Source: Gemmata obscuriglobus (GTDB taxonomy: Bacteria > Planctomycetota > Planctomycetia > Gemmatales > Gemmataceae). Taken from it: DNA of 32,000 nucleotides. The stretch lies in NCBI RefSeq assembly GCF_008065095.1, contig NZ_CP042911.1, positions 4,590,001-4,622,000 of the forward strand, written 5' to 3'. Position 1 is the first letter of the stretch, and every line of letters starts with the position of its first letter. The notes beneath the pieces were generated by a model. It saw only the letters and a program-made list of their open reading frames with translations. It searched no databases and was not told where the DNA came from. Below are positions 1 through 7,755 of this stretch, piece after piece. The position numbers and the translations under genes are program-made.

Positions 1-2760
1 GGCGCTAGCGCACCCGCACCTGGCGGTGACACCCCGACCCCCAAGAAGGGCAATCGGCCGCGACCCGATACCGATCCGTCTCCGGCGCCGACCTCGCCCG
101 CGCCGGCCCCCAAGGGACCGTTCGGGTCCGGGCGGCCGGGGTCCGAGCGCGACACGCCGCCGTTCAACGGCGCGGCGCTGCGTGCGGTGGTGCCAATGCT
201 GGACGCCGCCGAACTCACGGCCACCGAGACCGAGGCCGACCGCAAGCCGCCCGTTCGCACCGGCGGCGCCGTGCTGATCCGCGGCGCCACCGTGCTCACC
301 GGCACCGGCAAAACGCTCCCGAACACCGACATCCTGGTCGAGTCCGGAAAGATCCGCGCCATCGGCGCCGGCTTGCCCCCCGCACCCGGCGTAAAGGTGA
401 TCGACGCGAACGGCATGTTCGTGACGGCCGGGATCATCGACACGCACTCCCACTTCGCGATGTCGGGCGGGATCAACGAGTCGTCGCTGTCGGTGGTCCC
501 CGAAGTGCGGGTGCGGGACGTGATCGACTCCGAGGACGTGCAGGTCTACCGCGCGCTCGGGGGCGGGGTGACCACCGCCCGCCTGCTGCACGGCAGCGCG
601 AACGTGATCGGCGGGCAGGACGCGGTCATCAAGATGAAGTACGGAGCGACCGCGCGGGAGATGCTGGTGACCAGCGGGCCGCGCGGGGTGAAGTTCGCCC
701 TCGGCGAGAACGTGAAGCGCACCGACGGCCGGTTCCCGAACAGCCGGCTCGGGGTCGAGGCGGTCCTCGTCCGCGCGTTCACCGAGGCCCAGGCGTACCA
801 GAAGAAGTGGGCCGAGTACGAGTCCCGCAAAGGGACCAGCGACCCGCTGCCGGAGCCGCGGCGCGACCTGCGCCTCGAGGCGCTGGCGGACATCCTCAAG
901 GGCGACGTGCGGGTCCACTCGCACTGCTACCGGTCCGACGAGATCCTGATGCTGTTGCGCGTGGCCGACCAGTTCGGCGTAAAGGTGAAGTCCCTCCAGC
1001 ACGTGCTCGAGGGCTACAAGGTGGCACCGGAGATCGCCGCGCACGGCGCCAGCGTGAGCCTGTTCAGCGACTGGTGGGCGTACAAGATCGAGGCGTTCGA
1101 CGCGATCCCCTACGCCGCGAAGCTGCTCAAGGACGCCGGCGCCTCCGTATGCCTCAAGTCGGACGACAACGAGCTGATGCGGCACCTGAACCAGGAGGCC
1201 GCGAAGCTGGTGAAGTACTGCAGGTTCACACCTGAGGAAGCGCTGCACACGATCACCCTGAACCCCGCCAAGCAACTCGGACTGGACGCGCGGCTCGGCA
1301 CAGTCGAGGTGAGCAAGGACGCCGACCTCGCGATCTTCAACGGGCACCCGCTGAACTCCTTCGCGCGGTGCGAAATGACACTGATCGAAGGCGAGATCTA
1401 CTTCCAGCGGTCGCCGAAGCTCACGCCGTTCGACCCGGCCGCGGCGGAGCCCGCGAAGCCGGCGCCGAAGTTTGCCGCGCTCCCGGAACTGCCGAAGGGC
1501 ACCTACGTGCTGCACGGGGGCACGATCCACTCACCGGGCAAGGAACCGTTCGTCGGCACGGTCACCGTGGACGCCGCTACCGGCAAGCTCCTTCACGTCG
1601 CACAGGGCGGGCTGAAGGTCGGCGGCGCGCGGCCGGCGGTTCGCGAGGTCGATTGCACCGGGCTGCACATCTTCCCCGGCATGATCGACGCCGGGACCGT
1701 GCTGGGGCTCGTGGAAATCGACTCGGCCCGCGAGACCAACGACTTCCGCGAAGGCGGCGACTTTCAGCCGGACCTCCGCGCAAGCGTCGGCATCAACCCG
1801 GACTCGGAGCTGATCCCCGTGACCCGGGCCAACGGGGTGACCACAGCGCTGACGCGGCCCACCGGATCCCTGCTGCCGGGTCAGGGGGCGCTCATCAACC
1901 TCGCGGGCTGGGTGCCGGCAGAAATGGTCGCGGTAGACGGGCTCACGCTCCACATCGAGTACCCCCCGGCGAACGCCGGCGGCTTCCGCGGCGGGTTCAA
2001 CCCGACCGTCGCGTTCGAGAGCGACGGCGCCTCGGCGGCCCGCTTCCGCCGCGAGCAAAAGCTCACCCAGCTCAAGGAGCTGTTCGAGACGGCCCGCCGG
2101 TACGACGACGCGAAGAAGGCCGGCGCGCCGGTCGCGGCCAACCCCCGGCTCGACGCGCTACGGCCGTTCGTGCGCGGCGAGAAGCCGGTGGTGTTCACCG
2201 CGGAGCGCAAGGCCGACATCGCCGGCGTGCTCAAACTGGCCGACGAACTGAAGGTGAAGCCGATCCTGAGCGGCGCGTCCGAGGCGTGGAAGCTCGCGGA
2301 GGAGCTGAAGCGGCGCGACGTGCCGGTGATCCTGGGACCGGTGATGAGCATCCCGCGCGAGACCGGCGACAAGTACGACGCGGCCTACACCGCGGCGGCC
2401 AAACTGCACGCCGCGGGGGTGCGGTTCTGCATCCGGTCGGCGGGCTCGAACAACGCCCGCAACCTGCCGTACGAAGCGGCAATGGCGGTCGCGCACGGGC
2501 TGCCGCCGGAGGAGGGGCTGAAAGCGGTGACGCTGTACCCGGCGGAAATCCTGGGCGTGGCCGACCGGTTCGGCTCCATCGAGGTCGGCAAGCGGGCGAA
2601 CCTCGTGATCGCCAACGGCGACGTGCTCCAGGCGACGGCCCAGGTTCTGTGCGTGTTCGTGGACGGCAAGCCGCACGAGCCGACCAGCAAGCAGAGTCGG
2701 CTGTTCGACAAGTACCAAAAGCGGTTGAACGAGGGGCGCGAGCGGCCCCCGGGCAAGTGA
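1..2760 (+). CDS. amidohydrolase-family protein with two tandem amidohydrolase-like modules; 5' end probably lies outside the window
   Basis: The ORF track gives 187..2760 (GTG start). The same frame has no stop and no start codon back to nt 1, and its third codon positions are mostly G/C, so the gene probably begins upstream; otherwise it starts at GTG 187 or ATG 196. Module 1 carries the metal-binding HxH motif 'GIIDTHSHF' and 'VSKDADLAIFNG'. Module 2 repeats the fold signature ('IFPGMIDAGTVLG', 'VGKRANLVIANGD') without the HxH. Confidence 0.8.
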   Translation, partial: GASAPAPGGDTPTPKKGNRPRPDTDPSPAPTSPAPAPKGPFGSGRPGSERDTPPFNGAALRAVVPMLDAAELTATETEADRKPPVRTGGAVLIRGATVLTGTGKTLPNTDILVESGKIRAIGAGLPPAPGVKVIDANGMFVTAGIIDTHSHFAMSGGINESSLSVVPEVRVRDVIDSEDVQVYRALGGGVTTARLLHGSANVIGGQDAVIKMKYGATAREMLVTSGPRGVKFALGENVKRTDGRFPNSRLGVEAVLVRAFTEAQAYQKKWAEYESRKGTSDPLPEPRRDLRLEALADILKGDVRVHSHCYRSDEILMLLRVADQFGVKVKSLQHVLEGYKVAPEIAAHGASVSLFSDWWAYKIEAFDAIPYAAKLLKDAGASVCLKSDDNELMRHLNQEAAKLVKYCRFTPEEALHTITLNPAKQLGLDARLGTVEVSKDADLAIFNGHPLNSFARCEMTLIEGEIYFQRSPKLTPFDPAAAEPAKPAPKFAALPELPKGTYVLHGGTIHSPGKEPFVGTVTVDAATGKLLHVAQGGLKVGGARPAVREVDCTGLHIFPGMIDAGTVLGLVEIDSARETNDFREGGDFQPDLRASVGINPDSELIPVTRANGVTTALTRPTGSLLPGQGALINLAGWVPAEMVAVDGLTLHIEYPPANAGGFRGGFNPTVAFESDGASAARFRREQKLTQLKELFETARRYDDAKKAGAPVAANPRLDALRPFVRGEKPVVFTAERKADIAGVLKLADELKVKPILSGASEAWKLAEELKRRDVPVILGPVMSIPRETGDKYDAAYTAAAKLHAAGVRFCIRSAGSNNARNLPYEAAMAVAHGLPPEEGLKAVTLYPAEILGVADRFGSIEVGKRANLVIANGDVLQATAQVLCVFVDGKPHEPTSKQSRLFDKYQKRLNEGRERPPGK

Positions 2761-2811
2761 CCGCGCAGGCCGGCGCCGTGAATGAGATTCGGCCTTTGCT
2801 GGATGAAGAAA

Positions 2812-2848
2812 CGCCCGCCCCCGCACGCCGGAGCGTGCGGGGGCGGCG
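2812..2848 (+). terminator. GC-rich hairpin downstream of the amidohydrolase gene (candidate intrinsic terminator)
   Basis: The arm cgcccgcccccgcacgc (2812-2828), loop cgga, and arm gcgtgcgggggcggcg (2833-2848) give 14 perfect bp plus a bulged extension, starting 52 nt after the stop at 2760. There is no adjacent T-tract; the nearest T5 is at 2876-2880. Confidence 0.5.
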
Positions 2849-2902
2849 ATCAGCCCCGCCCCGCGATTTTTCACTTTCTTGTATGAGCGCCGACGGCTCG
2901 CG

Positions 2903-2943
2903 GATCAGTATCGGTGAGGTACGTGCCCTCCCCGATACTGATC
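2903..2943. repeat. inverted repeat upstream of the ECF sigma gene (possible operator or 5' leader hairpin)
   Basis: GATCAGTATCGG (2903-2914) and CCGATACTGATC (2932-2943) are perfect reverse complements. The arms extend to 17 bp (…GGTGAGG / CCTCCCC…) with one mismatch around a 7-nt centre. The repeat ends 53 nt before ATG 2996. Confidence 0.4.
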
Positions 2944-2995
2944 GCGGTTCCCGGACCCACGTGATCCGGAGCCGCGACAGAGGGCGAGCCGCATC

Positions 2996-4408
2996 ATGTC
3001 GAAACGACTGCTCTTCCGACTGCTGGCTTCTGCCCCGCCCGGGACCGACCACGTCACCGACGCCGAACTGCTGCGCCGCTTCGCCGCGTCCGCCGATTCG
3101 GCCGCGTTCGAGCTGATCGTTCACCGGCACGCCCCCGCGGTGTGGGCCGCGTGTCGGCGGCTGCTGGCCGCCGACGCCGACGCCGAGGATGCGTTCCAGG
3201 CCGCGTTCCTGGCCCTGCTCCGCTGTGCCCTTGACGTTCGCACCCCGTGCGTGGGCGGGTGGCTCCACCGCGTCGCCGTCCACGCCGCCCTCAAGCTCCG
3301 CGAGCGAACGCGGCGCGTCACCGCCGTCGAGCCACAACAGTTCGACGCGACCCCGGCGGCGCCCGTCGAACCGGCCGATTCTGAACTCGTGGCGGTCGTT
3401 CACGAGGAACTCGCCCGGTTGCCCGAGCGCGAGCGCCTCCCGGTGGTCCTGTGCGACCTGGAGGGGTTGTCCCACGCCGACGCCGCCAAGGCGCTCGGCT
3501 GGCCCGTGGGCACCGTGTCCGGGCGCCTCAGCCGCGCGCGAGCCACACTCCGCGCGCGGCTGGGGCGCCGCGGGTTCGCGCCGGCCGCGTTCGGGCCGGT
3601 CGGGATGGCACCGCCGCACCTCGTGACCCGAACCTTACCCATGACCGCCGGACAGGTGTCGCCTGCGGTCGCTTCACTTACCGAGGGAGTTCTTGCAGTG
3701 CTGAACACGACGCATTGGATCAGGGCAGTGGCAGCGGCCGTGGTTGTGTGTTCGGGAATCGCCGGCGTCGGCAGCATGTTGGCTGTTGCGCCAAGCGGCA
3801 CGTCTCAGCCGCAAAATGCTGAGGCGGTCCCGCCCCCGCGTGCTCCGGGCACCCCCGCGCCCAAGAGCGAGATCACACAACCCGGGGTGCAAAACAACGT
3901 CGAAGACAAGCGCCGCCTCAAGCCCCCCACCCAGCACTCAGTAACCGCCTTTCCCGAACTCGCTCCGCCCGACTGGGGGGATACGCCGCAGAAGCGCACA
4001 GCAGCACTCAAACAACTGTGCCCGCGACTGACCGGAGTGATCGACCTGAAAGCGGATCCGGCAGACGACACGCTGCGGAAGCTACTGAAAGCCCGCCTCC
4101 AAGCGGGCATTAGTGAGCACATTCGAACCGTCGCAGCCTTGGAAGTGACCGGCCCCGGCCTGCAATTCCAGGCCGAATTTCACGACTGGCTGGCCGACAT
4201 GCAAGCCATTGTTGCCGAGCTGTGGGACCAACAGCCAAAGGAACAAGAGCTGTGGCTCAGGGAAATGCTTATTACCGCCAAATCGTTCGAGCGATACACA
4301 GAACTCCGCGTGCAGGCCGGCGCATTAACTCCACAATCGCTAGACGTGGCGAACCGACACCGGCTAAAAGTCGAAACGGAATTGTGGAAGGTCAAGAACC
4401 CGAAGTAG
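2996..4408 (+). CDS. ECF-type RNA polymerase sigma factor fused to a transmembrane segment and a ~200-aa C-terminal domain
   Basis: Sigma region 2 is 'FELIVHRHAPAVWAACRRLL..DAEDAFQAAFLAL'. Region 4 HTH is 'LPERERLPVVLCDLEGLSHADAAKALGWPVGTVSGRLSRARATLR'. A hydrophobic stretch 'AVAAAVVVCSGIAGVGSMLAVA' (about nt 3722-3790) follows, then a Pro-rich linker and a helical C-terminal domain. The whole is one uninterrupted frame. Confidence 0.85.
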   Translation: MSKRLLFRLLASAPPGTDHVTDAELLRRFAASADSAAFELIVHRHAPAVWAACRRLLAADADAEDAFQAAFLALLRCALDVRTPCVGGWLHRVAVHAALKLRERTRRVTAVEPQQFDATPAAPVEPADSELVAVVHEELARLPERERLPVVLCDLEGLSHADAAKALGWPVGTVSGRLSRARATLRARLGRRGFAPAAFGPVGMAPPHLVTRTLPMTAGQVSPAVASLTEGVLAVLNTTHWIRAVAAAVVVCSGIAGVGSMLAVAPSGTSQPQNAEAVPPPRAPGTPAPKSEITQPGVQNNVEDKRRLKPPTQHSVTAFPELAPPDWGDTPQKRTAALKQLCPRLTGVIDLKADPADDTLRKLLKARLQAGISEHIRTVAALEVTGPGLQFQAEFHDWLADMQAIVAELWDQQPKEQELWLREMLITAKSFERYTELRVQAGALTPQSLDVANRHRLKVETELWKVKNPK

Positions 4409-4844
4409 TCCGTGTCAGCGGCATCAAGCACATGACGGACTGCGCAACTGCGCGGTAGCAGGTCGAACCGGGGAGGCGAAGGGCATGGGCGGCCTCACCC
4501 GGTTCAACCCGCGTTCCGAAGGCGAACTCGGAACTGAGCGGATGGTGTCCGAAAACTCCGTCGCGGGCGCCGGGGAAATCACCAACGAAACGGCGGGCGA
4601 TTAGGCAAGGAAGCAATTTCGGGCAAGTGTGATACGAGCAGCCCAGAGCAGGACTCGCGCCGCCCGTTGATTATTCCGTGTCAAATAACACAAGTCATTT
4701 CCTAATAACGATTTATGATTGCGATTGCCAATCGTGTCGCGAGTTCAGACTTGTCGATAAATCCGGCATGTGTCCGGGAAATCGGAAATCGCCCGACTCA
4801 TGTTTGCTTTCTCCCGGGTCCGCAGTGTATATTTCCTTCAGACT

Positions 4845-4903
4845 GGCCGCGGCAGCCACACTGAATGGGCGACAGTGTGACAGCTTGCGGCCGGTCCTTT
4901 TTT
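4845..4903 (+). terminator. two-tier hairpin followed by T6 (intrinsic-terminator-like) inside the gene-free low-GC island
   Basis: GGCCGCGG (4845-4852) pairs with CTTGCGGCC (4884-4892), including two G-U pairs. The inner stem is CACACTG (4857-4863) / CAGTGTG (4873-4879). TTTTTT lies at 4898-4903, 5 nt after the stem. A T6 run is rare in this high-GC sequence. No annotated gene ends nearby. Confidence 0.35.
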
Positions 4904-5117
4904 GTATTCGCATTTTCGTCCCATCAAGTTTGCACCGTCCACGCGAGTTGCGTGCGACGAATTCACTCCACGGCCTCTTCAAAATACCTTTCCCACTCGT
5001 TTGGCGTCTCGCGATTTCGAGACCGTCACTTGCACACCGGAAACGCCACCAAACACAACAACCCGCTTCGTATCACGAACGTGAGGCGCGGCCGCGCCCA
5101 CACATCGGAGGGAAGCC

Positions 5118-5888
5118 GTGGACGTGCGCGAATACAACCGCCGGGCCTGGGACCGGCAAGTAGCGACCGGGAACAAATGGACCGTGCCGGTCGGTCCCGA
5201 GGTGACGGCCGCGGCCCGGCGTGGTGAATGGTCCGTGGTCCTCACCCCGACGCGACCGGTTCCCCGCGATTGGTTCCCGTCACTGGCCGGTTTGGATGTG
5301 TTGTGCTTGGCGTCCGGAGGCGGACAGCAAGGGCCGGTACTGGCAGCCGCCGGAGCCCGAGTTACCGTATTCGACAACTCGCCGGCGCAGCTCGCTCGAG
5401 ACCGTTCCGTGGCCGAGCGCGACTGGCTGACCCTCACCACCATCGAAGGTGACATGCGGGACCTGTCCGCATTCGGAAACGGATCGTTCGGACTGGTGTT
5501 CCATCCGTGCTCCAACGGGTTCGTGCCGGACGTGCGCCCCGTGTGGCGCGAGTGCTTCCGCGTCCTGAAACCCGACGGGGTTCTCCTGGCGGGGTTCACG
5601 AACCCGGTGCTGTACGCCTTCGACGACGTGGCCGCCACCGACCGCGGCGAACTCGTCGTGCGGCATCCGATCCCGTATTCGGACCTGACCAGCCTGACGG
5701 ACGAAGAGCGAACCCGATACACGAGCAAAGACGAGCCGTTGTGCTTCGGGCACACACTGGAAGATCAGATCGGCGGGCAACTGGACGCCGGGTTCCGAAT
5801 GACCGCCTTCTTCGAGGACCGCGACCCGACACACCCGCTGGCGAAGTACCTGCCCGCCTTCATTGCCACCCGCGCCGTCAAGCCGTGA
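5118..5888 (+). CDS. class I SAM-dependent methyltransferase
   Basis: GTG start is preceded by GGAGGGA (5107-5113). The SAM-binding motif I-like '[28 protein letters not shown]' and acidic post-I residue fit a Methyltransf_11-like organisation. Third-position G/C bias is strong. Confidence 0.85.
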   Translation: MDVREYNRRAWDRQVATGNKWTVPVGPEVTAAARRGEWSVVLTPTRPVPRDWFPSLAGLDVLCLASGGGQQGPVLAAAGARVTVFDNSPAQLARDRSVAERDWLTLTTIEGDMRDLSAFGNGSFGLVFHPCSNGFVPDVRPVWRECFRVLKPDGVLLAGFTNPVLYAFDDVAATDRGELVVRHPIPYSDLTSLTDEERTRYTSKDEPLCFGHTLEDQIGGQLDAGFRMTAFFEDRDPTHPLAKYLPAFIATRAVKP

Positions 5889-5920
5889 CGGCCGCCGGCC
5901 CTCCCCTCCGGACCCGCCCC

Positions 5921-7351
5921 ATGCTCCCGTCCGTCCTCTTACTCGCCGCACTGGCCGCACCGCCGGTCGCCATCGATGTCGGCGACCGCAAGCAACTGTT
6001 CATCGACGACGCGCTCATCGCCCGACGCGACCGGGTCGAGTTGCGCGTCAACCCGCCGCAAAAGCTCGGACCGCTCAAGGACGACAGCGGCAAGCCGCTC
6101 CGCGGGCACGTCGCCCGCGTGATCGACGGCGAGAAAGCGCGCCTGTACCTCGGACACGAAAACGTGCAGGTACTGGAGAGCACGGACGGGCTCGCGTTCC
6201 GCCGTACCGGCACGAAGCTGCCCGGCGGGCACTTCCCGACCATCTTCCTGGACCCGCACGAGACCGACGCCGCTAAGCGGTACAAGCTGTTCCACCTGGA
6301 GTTCTCCGAACCGTTCGACCCGGCCAAGCACGGGGTGTTCGCCAGCTACTCGCCCGACGGGGTGAAATTCACCAAGGTGGGGCGGGTGCTCCCGTTCTTC
6401 ACCGACAACCCGACGGTGGTTCACTGGGACGAGCGGATCAGGAAGTACGTCATCTACACCCGCGCGTTTGATTACACCTCCGAGAACCAGCGCCGCATCG
6501 GGCGGATTGAGACCGACGACCCGCTCAAGCCGTGGCCGTACACGAAAACCGAGAAGCACCGCATTTTCCCGTCGGTCGAGAACCTGCCGGTCGTGTACTC
6601 CGCCGACAAGGAAGACGACCCGCATTCGGACGTGTACTACAACGCGGCCGAGCCGTACCCGTGGGCCGGCGGCGTGTACCTCATGTTCCCGTCGCACTTC
6701 CGCCACTTCTCTCCCCAGCGGCACCCGTTCGTGCGGCCGCGGGTGAAGGGTCAGTGGGAGGATTACGGAATGCTCGAAGTGCAGTTGGCCGTGAGCCGCG
6801 ACGGGGTGAAGTGGTCGCGCCCCGAGCGGACCGCGTACATCCCGACGGGGTTAGCGGACGAGTGGGACCGGTGGTACACGGTGGCCGCCCCGGGGTTCGT
6901 GCGGCGTGGTAACTACGTGTACCAGTACTACTATTCCAGCGGCCGGTTGCACGACTCTGCAGTGCTGCGCCCCGAGTACGACAAGATCGCGGGTCAAGAG
7001 GGCGGTGTCGGGGTGGTGCGCCAGCGGCTCGACGGGTTCGTCTCGGCCGACGCCGATCACAAGGGCGGCTGGCTTACCACGCCGCCGCTCATTTTCCGGG
7101 GCAGTAAGCTGCGGCTGAACATCGACACCGGAGCGGCGGGGAACGCGTTCGTCGAGTTGCAGGACGCGGACGGAAAACCGATCCCGGGTTTCACGCTGGC
7201 GGAGTGCGAGGAGATCGGGGGAAACTTCGTTGACCAGTGCGTCTACTGGAAGGGCAAGGAGGACGTATCGGCACTCGCTGGGCGACCCGTGTGTATTCAC
7301 GTCAGGATGAAGCGCTCGAAGCTCTTCGCTTTCCAGTTCACCAAGGAGTGA
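5921..7351 (+). CDS. secreted hypothetical protein, possibly a beta-propeller glycoside-hydrolase-like fold (function uncertain)
   Basis: The frame of track ORF 5507..7351 overlaps the methyltransferase upstream, so I take ATG 5921 ('MLPSVLLLAALAAPPVA', signal-peptide-like). An alternative start is GTG 5885, which overlaps the methyltransferase stop as GTGA and adds '[12 protein letters not shown]'. I see no motif I can name with certainty. The fold guess rests only on general resemblance ('LFIDDALIA', 'WDERIRKYVIYTR'). Confidence 0.7.
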   Translation: MLPSVLLLAALAAPPVAIDVGDRKQLFIDDALIARRDRVELRVNPPQKLGPLKDDSGKPLRGHVARVIDGEKARLYLGHENVQVLESTDGLAFRRTGTKLPGGHFPTIFLDPHETDAAKRYKLFHLEFSEPFDPAKHGVFASYSPDGVKFTKVGRVLPFFTDNPTVVHWDERIRKYVIYTRAFDYTSENQRRIGRIETDDPLKPWPYTKTEKHRIFPSVENLPVVYSADKEDDPHSDVYYNAAEPYPWAGGVYLMFPSHFRHFSPQRHPFVRPRVKGQWEDYGMLEVQLAVSRDGVKWSRPERTAYIPTGLADEWDRWYTVAAPGFVRRGNYVYQYYYSSGRLHDSAVLRPEYDKIAGQEGGVGVVRQRLDGFVSADADHKGGWLTTPPLIFRGSKLRLNIDTGAAGNAFVELQDADGKPIPGFTLAECEEIGGNFVDQCVYWKGKEDVSALAGRPVCIHVRMKRSKLFAFQFTKE

Positions 7352-7379
7352 CACCTTTCACCGAGACTCAGCAGTTGGT

Positions 7380-7447
7380 GGCGGCGGACTGTTCCCCATG
7401 CGACCAGGGGGAACAGCCCGCCGCCGGGTAACTGTTCCGGCGAACAG
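7380..7447 (+). terminator. two consecutive hairpins after the 5921..7351 gene
   Basis: Hairpin 1 is ggcggcggactgttcccc (7380-7397), a 10-nt loop, and ggggaacagcccgccgcc (7408-7425): 18 bp with one mismatch. Hairpin 2 is ctgttc (7432-7437), cggc, gaacag (7442-7447). They begin 29 nt after the stop. There is no T-tract. Confidence 0.5.
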
Positions 7448-7755
7448 AGCGACAACGCACTTGAACTTCCGACCCTCACCGAGCGCCTGGACTGTCGCTT
7501 CCTGGGTGACCGCAGGCAAAAATAAACACTCGTCCGGATCGCAAAACACTCTCACACTTCGGGCCGCAAGAGGCGGGAGCCGGTAACCCGGCTCATGGCA
7601 CCCGCCAAGTCTCTCGCCCCGCAACGAAATCGTTCCGCAAATGTCTCCGCCGCCGAACCGACGGAGTTTATCTCAACGAGCATGTGTGAAGAAATCGTGA
7701 TGACTTCATGAGTGCCGGACGCTCACGAGTGTAGCCCTTGACCGACACGAGGCAG

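Noticed and set aside
26-277. 83-aa ORF at the left edge (Arg/Pro-rich)
   Set aside because: It is an off-frame shadow of the amidohydrolase reading frame, which is open from nt 1 and has the expected codon bias.
4495-4510. 'CCCGGTTCAACCCG', resembling a tRNA T-arm (GGTTCRANYC)
   Set aside because: The flanking sequence cannot form the T-stem, acceptor stem or anticodon arm, so it is not a tRNA.
4678-5163. 161-aa plus-strand ORF (and 89-aa minus ORF 4713..4982) in the low-GC island, with a Cys-rich start 'CDCQSC'
   Set aside because: It lacks the third-position G/C bias of genuine genes here and has no recognisable motif. It runs into the methyltransferase start and across the hairpin+T6 element. 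I treat the region as non-coding, but it is flagged as a finding because a small foreign gene cannot be excluded by eye.
5507-5920. N-terminal 138-aa extension of ORF 5507..7351
   Set aside because: It overlaps the 3' half of the methyltransferase gene in another frame and is Arg-rich. A signal-peptide-like N-terminus begins at ATG 5921 (or GTG 5885).
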